A stretch of DNA of 64,000 nucleotides from Caecitellus pseudoparvulus (lineage: Eukaryota; Protista; Bigyra: Bicosoecida). The notes under the pieces were generated by a model. The model saw only the letters and a program-made list of their open reading frames with translations, was not told where the DNA came from and made no database searches. The DNA is taken from assembly GCA_965644315.1 (NCBI GenBank), contig CBFFRQ010000065.1, positions 248,001 to 312,000 on the forward strand. The letters run 5' to 3'. A program made the position numbers and the translations under genes. Shown one piece after another: positions 31,602 through 44,500 of this stretch (position 1 is the stretch's first letter; each line of letters starts with the position of its first letter).

Positions 31602-32519
31602 ATGGCGCACATCACCTCGCAGCCCCTCTCCCTCACAACTGCTGCAACTTCAGCCGCCATGATGCAACCACTGCAGCAGATACCTGGCCGTGGGCGAAAG
31701 CGCCGCTTAGGTGGGGAGGACGGCATGCAGTGCCTGAGGAGCTCGCCGAAACGAGCGCTGGCCCTGGGCTCAGAGAACTGCCTGGGCACCGCCGCAGCGG
31801 CCATGGCGGCTGGTGAAGGACGTGTTCTTGGAAACCCCCGAAAGCGGCGCCTGGATGGCGATCAAGATGGCTCTCAAAGCTCTCGCCCAGCGTGTGTGGC
31901 GTCAGCCAAGCGAAGCAGGTCCGTGAAACGCCGCTGGCTCTGCTCCCTTCGTTCTGCTTCACTCGGAAGTGCTTGCCATTGGCTGCAGGGACATTGGCTG
32001 GGAGGCACACCCCGCTGAGATGATTTCCCTGCCTCGAGATCGTGTGGAAGCCTTTGAGCGCCAGCATGCTGCAGAAATCGACGAAGCAAAGTGAGTGTGG
32101 CGCGAAGCGTGAAACGCTGGCTTGGCTGGCACACACTCGATCGCCCGTGCAGACGAATCTTGGAAGCACAGCGCCAAGAAGCCTTGACCACCATTGAAAT
32201 GCTGCAAGGCCAACTCAAAGCTGCACAGCAAGCCGAAGCGGGATTCCACAAGCTGCTGAATGCTGCAGGCATGGAAGCTGCTCGCCTGAGCCAGCAGAAT
32301 TACACCCTCAAGCGAGCCGTGGAAAAGCATGACGAACGCGCCAGAGAGGCACAGCGCACACTGGATGAACAGGAGCAACGCATTCAGCAGCTGAGCACGG
32401 TCGCCCAGAACCTCTTCAGGGACAACGAAGCACTGCGCGCAGAGATTGCACAGCTGCGGGGGAATGGCGCTGACACGTCAACTGGCTTCCACTTCCCGAA
32501 GTATGGAGGGGTGCAGTAA
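31602..32519 (+). CDS. Hypothetical coiled-coil protein with basic NLS-like motifs
   Basis: Three predicted exons. N-terminal 'RGRKRR' and 'PRKRR'; C-terminal heptad region 'QQNYTLKRAVEKHDER...NEALRAEI'. Confidence 0.55.
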
Positions 32520-33118
32520 AGAATGGCCCTGTGCCTGGACCCTAATGTGCTTGGCTGGGTGGGCAGGAATGCGTGGAAGGCCTGCTAGAGCCTGCACACG
32601 CTCCATGTAGTTGCATGCTCAGCGCGGCAGTCATGCGTATCATCGTCCAGAGTCCCGACCATCGAATTGCCAGGGCAAGTCTGCATCTCGAGAGACCTTG
32701 GTGCCAGTACAGCCAGCAGGTCCGATACGAGGGGCAGTTCGCCTCTCTTTCCCTACAACAGGCCATGGCTGCTCACGCTGCACGAACCTCCTGCGAGCGC
32801 CGACATGCTGTGGGGCGCTGAGGCCAGAGCATGGCACTCAGCACAAGGCATGCACACGCTTTCCTGGTGCCCGCAGCAGACTTTAAGCAGGTTTCATGAC
32901 TCCTCCACTCAATGCACAACCGAAGCAAGGAGAGCTGGGAGAATGCGAGTGGAGGGGGGGTGAATGCCGCGGGCTTGTGAGGGCCCCCTGACTTCATGAA
33001 AAAGTCGGCAAAACGAAAAATACCCCACTCTTTCGATATCTGCTCAGTATTTCGCACTTTTCACGATTGAAGTTGCAACCCCAGCGTAGTTGCGAAGGTA
33101 CCGCACCCAGCAACCACC

Positions 33119-34357
33119 ATGGCAGCTGAATCAACTCCGGGCGACGGCAGCACGCCTGCACTGAGCCAGGAGACGTGGCTTCGCAACGTCTATCGCCGCC
33201 AAAAGTCTCGCATGACACCTGAATTGAGGGCCAGCATCAAGGCAAAGGCTGCAAGTGCGCAGCGTCGAGGTGGGTAGCTTGGCGTGGTGATGCAGAGTCG
33301 AAGACATTTCTTCACTCGGCGTGCGACAAGCTCTTGCAGCGACACTGCCGGCCTGTGCTTCGCAGCCCACCGTTCGAAGAAAGCCAAGCGCATGATGAAA
33401 GTGCAGTCTGCTAACATGAAGTCGTACTGCATGAGCTCTGCGATGATGGGGGCCATGGACGCGCCGGGCAGCATCGAGGCGCAGGCAGAGGAGGCTCAGG
33501 GCCGCATGCGCATGGTGCAGAAGGCGCTGTGCCAGGTGGATGAAGACGACTCTGACGGTGACTTTGACGCCCAGCTGAGCCTGGCCGCCCCAGTCGTCAC
33601 GGAGGGGGCTGGCCTCGCCGACCTGCCCACGCTGCCAGCTGGACCGCTTGCGGAGGCAGAGCCAGTGGACACGTCAACGGACGCCGCGTTCCAGGAGTTG
33701 CTGGACAAGCTGAAGAAGGAGCCAGAGGACAGCGGCGAGGCGGGGGCCAAGTTCAAGCTGTACGAGACCTTCCTTGACACGGTGCAGCTCATGCGCAGCA
33801 AGACGCTGGACTTCTGGGAGGAGTGCAAGGAGGACTTCGCTGACGCGCCCACCGCCGCAGCGGCCGTGCAGCGGGAGTTGGATGCCATCGACTCCCACGG
33901 CAACATGTCCATTGGCGGCGCAGCTGGCCGGTGGTTCGTCTACGACATGACCCTCCAAGCCTCAGCCAACAGCGACACCATTGGCAAGGTGCTCAAGAGC
34001 ATGCACGGGAAGCTGGAGCTGCTGGGGCGACAGGACGAGTGCCCCATTTGCCTGGAGGCGTTCGAAGGGGAGAGCGGGGCTGAGGCGGATCCTGCCGCCC
34101 CTGGCGGGACTGGCGGAGCGGGCGCCAGTCCCGATGACGACGAAGAGGCGGCGCCTGGCTCCGCATACCCCGCGCTGCCTCCCCATGTGCTGGGCTGTTG
34201 CCACAAGGTGTGTGGGGCGTGCTGGAAGCAGTGGACTGACTTGAAAGGGGCGGGGGCGCCGTGCCCCCTCTGTCGCCACGAGGACTTCCTGGCTGACATC
34301 GTCGAAGGGCGTGCCGTGCCACCGGTACTGTATGCCAGCATCTCTGTGGAGGAGTGA
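33119..34357 (+). CDS. C-terminal RING-finger (C3HC4-type) protein, putative E3 ligase
   Basis: ATG 33119 in a CCACCATGG context; intron about 33270-33365 (GTGGGT...CGCAG) restores the frame. RING reads CPIC...C.H..CxxC...CPLC. Confidence 0.75.
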
Positions 34358-34519
34358 AGTGTGTGCTTGTTAACCTTGCGAAGGCGATCTCGCCTGTGGA
34401 CGTTGCTGAAGCGTCGCTCGACGCGGGGGCATCACACCGCCCGATTCAAATCCACATGCAGACCGCACCATGCAGTAGGGTTCCTGAGACCAAGGCTACT
34501 GTCAGCACCCTGAACCACC

Positions 34520-35911
34520 ATGGCTGCCGTGGCCGCCGCAGCGCGGTGCAGTGCTGCTTGGGCGGCAGGAGGCAGCGCCAGGCGCCTGCTGCCATGCTTG
34601 CCCAGCACGCAGGTGCGCCATCGGACGTCAGAGGCTCGGGCCCGGCTGTTGGAGCGCAACAAACGCCCTCGGTCGTTCAAACGCGAGGTGGCCAAGTCTC
34701 GCAGTGCGTGCAGCACTGGCTGTGCCGCGTTCGGGCGAGGTGCGGAATTGGGGCCCTGCTCACACGGACGATGCTGCCCCCTGCACAGAGCGCGTGCCAG
34801 TGCCCTACACGACTCGGCATGGCCACGCCATTCGCACATCCAACCACCCGGAAATGGTGGATCGGTACATGGCGTTTGTGAAGAGCACAGCCGAGGCGGC
34901 AGGCAGTGCAGCCGAAGTGGCGGCTTTTGACACGGCAGCTGCAGCCTTCCCCACCCCCCCTCCCCTCGTCGCGGCAACGTGAGTCGTGGCTTGCTCAGTG
35001 CATGATGCTATTTCCATGCATATTGTACCGGCGCGCCCTGTCCTCCGCCTCGCAGGTTGGTGGAGCGTGGGAACCTGATCATGCGTGAGCCGCCGGCTTG
35101 GGAGAGCGACTTCCTTCAGTGGCGGGAGGAGCGCCGAGATGCGCGGCATGGTGACTTGCCAGACGAGTTCTGGGAGAACTACGGCGTCATTGACGACGAG
35201 TTGAAGCCTTCGTACAAGGAGATGGTGGCCAAGGGGGCCAAGGGCGGTGCTGCCACCAACTCCCCAGCTGCCGCTGGCAGCGCGGCGGGTGACTTTGACA
35301 TGTTTGAGGACCCTGACGCGGAGGACGACGACACCCTGGCGTCCACAGCTGCAGAGAGCTTCAAAGCCGCGCCGCGGGAGACAGAAGCAGACAAAATCCG
35401 CGACACCAAGTCTCTGGATCGGGCCCTGGACAGCCGCCTGGTGCTGCTGGTGAAGGGTGCAGAGGGGCACTGGAGCGTTCCCGCAGGCAGCCGCAGGGAG
35501 GGTGAGCGCATGGTAGAGGCCGCTGCCCGCCACGCCCAGCACGCGCTGGGGCCGGATGTGAACTTGTGGTTCCCTGGCAACGCCCCTATGGGCGTGCGCT
35601 TGCGCGTGTTTGACGAGGCGACACAGAAAGCCACTGGCTGCTACGGAGCCAAGGTGTTCTTCTACCGTGCTGAGATCCTGAACGGGCGCCCGACGTTGCC
35701 TGCAGCTGGTGATGGGCTGGTGATGGGCACCCGGGACGAAGCCCTGCCTGAGCCGCTGGACCAGCTGCTCAACAGCCACGTGTACGAGGATGCCGCATGG
35801 CTGTCACGGACAGAGCTGGTGCAGGACAAACTCATGCCTGAAGACATGGCCCAGTACTTGCACGGCATCATCGGCGCGTCACCGTCAGAGGAGGGGGCCG
35901 GTGCAAGCTGA
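34520..35911 (+). CDS. MRPL46: Mitochondrial large-subunit ribosomal protein mL46
   Basis: Three exons; Arg/Ala-rich presequence. 'APRETEADKIRDTKSLDRALDSRLVLLVK..W..P', 'GNAPMG', 'KVFFYRA' and 'AWLSRTEL' fit the mL46 Nudix-like domain. Confidence 0.85.
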
Positions 35912-35948
35912 GAATGCAGGTGAATTGCACGTTGCGTCTGCAGGGTGC

Positions 35949-38885
<2,937 letters not shown>

Positions 38886-39304
38886 GGTGGTGCTGTGTGC
38901 TGCCCTGCTGCGCCCGCCTTGACCGACTCGAAAGGGTGTCACTGGCTTGCCTTCGTACGCAGCTGTGCTCGCCGAAAGGGGGCACCTCTAGGGACAAGGG
39001 CGTAAATGCGTTGACAGGTGGTCACACATACTGGTGAAGAGCACGTGGTGCTTGGAATTTTCCGTCATCCATGCGTTGCAGCGTCTTCACGAGAGTGGCG
39101 TGGCTGCCCAAGCACATTCCTTCAGCACACACTGCGCATAGCAGCCTGCACCCCAAACCCCGACGCACTGTACAAGTGTGCCCGAAATTTCTGAACAAGT
39201 ATCTCAGTGCTTCACTTGCTGGCAGTCGGGCAGTGTCGCTTTCCTGCCCACTCTGGAGTTCTCAAGCATCTGAGTGCGGAAATTGCGAACAAGCGAAACA
39301 CTTC

Positions 39305-41185
39305 ATGGCGCTAGCGACAGCTGCCGCGCGCACAGCTGCAGCCAGGCATTGGGCGCATGCAGCGCGCTGGGCACATCCTTCACTCCGGGCGCTGGCCACG
39401 TTGTGCACACGGCGCTTGCAGCCGGCAAGCGCTTGCTCTGCCGCTGCCACACGCAGCTGGTCTCGAGGGTGGCATTCCTCCACTGCTGCAGCCGCCGGCG
39501 GGGGCGGCATCCATGGAGACATTGTCATGACAGTGAACGAAGCGACAAAAGTGCTGCCGGGAGGCAGGGTGCTCTTCAAGGACATTGACCTGGCGTTCTT
39601 GCGGGGTGCCAAAGTGGGCGTGGTTGGCCTGAACGGCAGCGGCAAAAGCAGCCTCTTCCGCATCCTGGCAGGCACTGACAGGGAGTTTGATGGCAAGGTC
39701 TGGTCATCCGATGGCATTCGGGTGGGGTACTTGGAACAGGAGCCGGTGCTGGACCCTGCCAAGGACGTGCATGGCAACATCATGGACGGCTTGCGGGAAA
39801 AGACGCAGCTGCTAAAGCGCTTCGAGGAGCTGTCCGAGAGCCTGGGGGACCCTGACTGCGACTTTGACAAGGTCCTGGCTGAGCAGGCTGAGGTGCAGGA
39901 CGCCATCGAGGCGGCAGGGGCGTGGGCTCTGGAACACACCGTGGACATCGCAAAGACCGCGCTGCGAGTGCCTGCCGATGACGCGGACGTGTCGGCACTG
40001 TCAGGAGGGGAGCGGCGCAGGGTGGCCCTGTGCAGACTACTGCTTGAGGAGCCGGATGTGTTGCTGCTGGATGAGCCGACGAACCACCTGGACGCGCAGT
40101 CCGTTCGGTGGCTGGAGGAGTTCCTCGCCTCGTACACTGGCACCGTCATTGCCGTCACGCACGACCGGTACTTCCTCGACAACGTCGCGGGGTGGATCTT
40201 GGAGATCGACAGAGGGCGCATGTTTCCACACGAAGGCAACTACTCCTCCTGGCTGGAGGCAAAGGCAGCCCGCCTGGCGTTGGAGGACAAGGTTGGCAAA
40301 AAACGCTCTGCTGCCATGGCTGCCGAGCTGGCGTGGATCCGCAAGGGCTCCAAGGGCCAGCAGTCAAAGGGCAAGGCTCGCAAGGCCCGGTATGATGCGC
40401 TTGTGGAGGAGGCGGCAGCTGACAAGGCCGCCCGCAAGTTCCAGGCCGGCACCATTGTCATTCCGCCTGGCCCTCGCCTGGGCAGGGACGTCATCAAGGC
40501 CACGGGCATTTCCAAGACAGTGCCCAACGACGACGGCACCCAGCGCACGCTGTTCAAGGACGTGTCCTTCGCCATCGAGCGAGGCGACATCGTCGGCGTC
40601 GTGGGCGGCAACGGCGTCGGCAAGACCACCCTGCTCAAAGTGCTGACGGGGGCTGCCGAGGCTGACTCTGGCTCGGTGGAGGTGGGCGACACTGTCTCCG
40701 TTGGCTTCGTGACACAGGCACGTGACGCCCTGGACGGGAACCGCACCGTGATGGACGTGGTGTCGGACGATACCGGCCTCATCACCATCGGCGACCGCAC
40801 CATGGATGTGAGGGCCTACCTCTCAGGCTTCAACCTGCACGATGCCACGGCCAAGAAGGCCGTGAAGCTGCTGTCGGGGGGGGAGCGCAACCGAGTGCAC
40901 CTGGCGCGCACCCTCGCGCAGCCCTGCAATGTCCTGCTGCTGGACGAGCCCACCAATGACCTGGACGTGGACACCCTGCGCAGCCTGGAGGAGGCGCTGG
41001 AGGGCTTCCCAGGCTCCGCCCTCATCGTGTCCCACGACCGCTACTTCTTGGACCGCGTGACCACGCACATTCTGGCCTTTGACACGACAGGCAAGGTTCA
41101 CTACTTCCCCGGCAACTACTCCGACTTCGAAGCCTGGGCGGCCAAGCAGGGCATCACCACCCTGTCGCAGCCCAGTGAAGGCTAG
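39305..41185 (+). CDS. ettA: EttA/ChvD-type ABC-F translation factor with an N-terminal mitochondrial-type presequence
   Basis: Two ABC domains (GLNGSGKS / LSGGERRR / LLLDEPTNHLD; GGNGVGKT / LSGGERNR / DEPTNDLD) and no TM helices. EttA-type segments 'FLRGAKVGVVG', 'FLDNVAGWILEIDRG', 'GNYSSWLE' and 'IPPGPRLG'. Confidence 0.9.
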   Translation: MALATAAARTAAARHWAHAARWAHPSLRALATLCTRRLQPASACSAAATRSWSRGWHSSTAAAAGGGGIHGDIVMTVNEATKVLPGGRVLFKDIDLAFLRGAKVGVVGLNGSGKSSLFRILAGTDREFDGKVWSSDGIRVGYLEQEPVLDPAKDVHGNIMDGLREKTQLLKRFEELSESLGDPDCDFDKVLAEQAEVQDAIEAAGAWALEHTVDIAKTALRVPADDADVSALSGGERRRVALCRLLLEEPDVLLLDEPTNHLDAQSVRWLEEFLASYTGTVIAVTHDRYFLDNVAGWILEIDRGRMFPHEGNYSSWLEAKAARLALEDKVGKKRSAAMAAELAWIRKGSKGQQSKGKARKARYDALVEEAAADKAARKFQAGTIVIPPGPRLGRDVIKATGISKTVPNDDGTQRTLFKDVSFAIERGDIVGVVGGNGVGKTTLLKVLTGAAEADSGSVEVGDTVSVGFVTQARDALDGNRTVMDVVSDDTGLITIGDRTMDVRAYLSGFNLHDATAKKAVKLLSGGERNRVHLARTLAQPCNVLLLDEPTNDLDVDTLRSLEEALEGFPGSALIVSHDRYFLDRVTTHILAFDTTGKVHYFPGNYSDFEAWAAKQGITTLSQPSEG

Positions 41186-41521
41186 GGCTTCCCCGCCCCA
41201 TGCTCAAAATGCACTCCAAAGGACACGGCCATTCTCTCGCCTTTCTGCACGCCAGACGTTGTCCTTCGTCCGTGCCCGCAGTTGTTGACGCACTTTCCTG
41301 GGCTTCCCTGCTGGAGCCTGCGGCACACTCTGCCCAGCAAGTCCAGCAACTGTTCGCGCAGCGCTGCTGAGTGCGGCTCCGCCAAGTTGTCCTTTCATTG
41401 ACTGCTCAATTTGCTCCCCAACGCGCACGACTCGCTGCCCCCTTCCTTCCCGGAGGCTGCCGTGGCCGTCGTCGCCGCGACGCTGCAGCGAAACTCCCCC
41501 ACTGCACACACTCCTGCCGAC

Positions 41522-44500
41522 ATGGACAGTGCCCCTTCCCTCCCCAAAGTGGACGCGTCTCTGAAGGAGAGCGTGCTCATTCCCTCTGCATTCCCCACGG
41601 CCGACGCAGACTTGTGGGAGCTGCAGCAGGCCGCTGCACGGGCTGGTGTGCAGGAGCCTTTGACGGCCGAAGCGCTGCGTCGCCTGCCGCGCAGTAGCTC
41701 CCTCGCCAGCCCCAGTTGGGGTGGGGTGTCCCACGCGGACACCACACTGCGGCCTTTGCCTTCTGCTCCAAGCCATGACCCGGAGTCCCCCCCTGGCGGC
41801 GCCGCCGACGAGTCGGGCCCCCTTTCTCCACAGGCCGCACCTCAACAGGGCGCCCTGCCGACGAAGCCAGGCCACACATGGGTGCGAGAGGACCTAGGCG
41901 TTGTCGTGGACACACCCTCCGCGAGCAAGGCTCCGGGACTCTTCTCACCTGCGCGCACGGTGCGCAGTCTTATGGGCCGGGCGCCCATCACACCCAGTCC
42001 AAACAAGCACCGGTCTGGGCAGCACACTGAACCTGCCGACGACCCACTGCAAGTGTACGTCGCCGCCTGCCGCCTGGCGTTTCCACCGCAGAAGCCCCTC
42101 GCCTCCGTCGTCCGGGTCCTTGTGGCCTGGGCTCCCCACGTGTCGTCCCTGCCCCTGAGCAAGCTGGCGTTCCGGCCGCTGTTCCGTGACCTCAGAGTGG
42201 GCAAGAGCAACCACACGCTGAATCTGACAGAGCAGATCCTCTCCCCTCCTGCCGCAGAAGCCCTGGGCAGGGCGCTTCGTGCCGGGGTGTGGACGGCGGC
42301 GCCCGCCTCCACTCTGCGCCTGGCGCTGGATGGAGTGCACGCAGGGGGGCAGGCTCTGTGCACACTCCTGACGTCTGCCGCCCAGTGCCCTGCTCTGCGT
42401 GGGATCAGCGTGGGGGACACTCAAGTCCTGCAGCATGTGGACAGCGCCATGGCATTGTTCCAGCTCCTGGCGGCCCAGCCACAAATCCAACGGCTGGCCC
42501 TGCGGCGTGCGGGGGTCACTGACGCCGTCCTGGCTGGTCTCAGGGATGTCCTCTGCTGGCAGCCTGGTCGAGAGTGGAAGGACACGCTCAAGTTGCGTGT
42601 CCCACTCCTCTGTGCCACCCAGGCCGCCGCCGGTGCAAGGGGGGGAGTCAGGGTCCTGCCGCTGTCGCACATCCCGCTGCCCTCCCTCCTCGCCAGTGAT
42701 GAAGGGCCGCCCACAGCCGCCAATAAGGCCAGGTGGACACTGCCGTTGCTGGCTCGACTGGCAAAGGCATTGATGGGGAGCCCCATGGGCCAGGTGCTGA
42801 ACAAGTTGGTGAAGCAGGGCGAGTCACTCTCGCCAGCGCTGCAAGGACTGGCTCTGAGCCTGGCAAAGCTGGGAAGCACAGGACCGGCCCCTGCATCCGG
42901 CGCAGACACCGCCACCGCGACGGCTGGTGAGGAGACCGGGCCCGAGGATGGCGTGCTCGCTGTGCCGAGTGGCTTTGTGGGTCCGCTGGCCCGCCCCATC
43001 GCGTGGGAGCTCGTGCGGCCTCAGGCGGCCACGTGGCAGGGCTTGCACAGTCAAGATGTGCCCCAGCTGGTGTCTGCGGCTGCCGCAGCTGTGGGAGAAG
43101 CTGTGGGCAGTCAGCGCGTGCTGCCCCCTGACGAACGCCTGGCAGCCGCACTGCAGGCAGAGCAGCAGGCTGCTTCGAAGCGGCTGAGCGGGGAGGTGGC
43201 AGCTGATTCCCTCAAGCCCCGCCTCATGCCAACTGTGCAGCTGGACACAGCGGGGCAGCTGGTGGACCTGCCTGCCCTCGTGCGAGAAATTGCAGCCCTC
43301 ATGACTGCGCAGCTGCAGGCGCCTGCCTCGGCAGCTGCCCAAGCCAGCGCCCTGCAAACGTTCCAGCGGGCGGCAGAGGGGCGGGGGATAGCGGCGGCGG
43401 CACAGGAGGCGGCGTCCGCCAGTCCCTCGCGCCTGCCCGCCCTGTCACCGCAGCAGGCCCACGATGCGTTCTCTCCCGTGCAGAAGCGAAAGCAAGCCCC
43501 ACCCCCGCTGCTATTCCGGGGACTGGCGGCGGACTTGCTTACGGCTGCGCCCTTGGCTGGAGACAGCCCTGCTCACTTTGACTCTGCCAGGACAGCCGAT
43601 TCGCTGATCCACGACGAGGGGGAGTCGCCCCGGGATCCCGCTGGGGTGCTGACGTTTGCCTCGCCAGGGCCGCGGCAGACCCTCGGTGCCTCCTCCTCCG
43701 CCCCCTCGCTGCCTCAGGGCCAGTCTCGCAGCTCGCCACTGGGCCCCCTTCGCAGCCCACTTGGGCGAAGCCAGACCAAGACGCCCCAGCGGCAGTCCCT
43801 CGTGCCCAGCCCCGTGAAGGATGCGTGGGCCAGCCAGCCTGACCTGGCGCGGGCACTGGAGAGTTCCATGGAGGCGCCGGCTGACGCCCTGGCCCCGCCG
43901 ACGATGCCCCCTCGCCTCACCCACCTGGACTTGTCCCACAACCCCCTCAGCCCCTTTGCTGGCGTGCTCTTGGCCAGCATGCTGGTGGGCAGCTCCCCGC
44001 CCTCCTCAGCCGCCCCTCTGGTACAGTCAGTGGACTCCCCCCACCAGCAGTCGGCGGCTGCCTCCTCCGCGGCAGCTTCCGAGGGCGGTGAGGAAGTGGC
44101 CAGTGGCAAGGCGGGCGGGTCCTCATGGGTCGGTTTGGCATGGCACGTGCAGCAACCTCGCTTTCGCCGCCTGGAGCTGACTTCCCTGCACCTAGACGGC
44201 TGCCGCCTGGGAAACGCAGGCGCCCTGCCCATCCTCAAGGCTTGCCTCGAGACAGATGTGACGCTGAAGGTGCTGACCCTCAGCATGACTGGCCTGCAAG
44301 ACACGCCGCGCCTGGCGTACGTGCTGGGGGCTGTCCTCGCTGAAACGCACGCGTTGGAGCACCTGGACGTGAGCCGCAACCGACTGGGTCCCCTCTCTGC
44401 AGCGGCCGTGGCAGGGGCACTGGTCAAGAACCGCACTCTGGCTGAGCTGCACTTGGGCTTCAACCCACTGGGGTATGAAGGCGGCATGGAGGTGCTGCTG

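Noticed and set aside
32520-33118. Short ORFs in the 600-bp gap before the RING gene
   Set aside because: No homology cues or coding-like composition; probably UTR and promoter.
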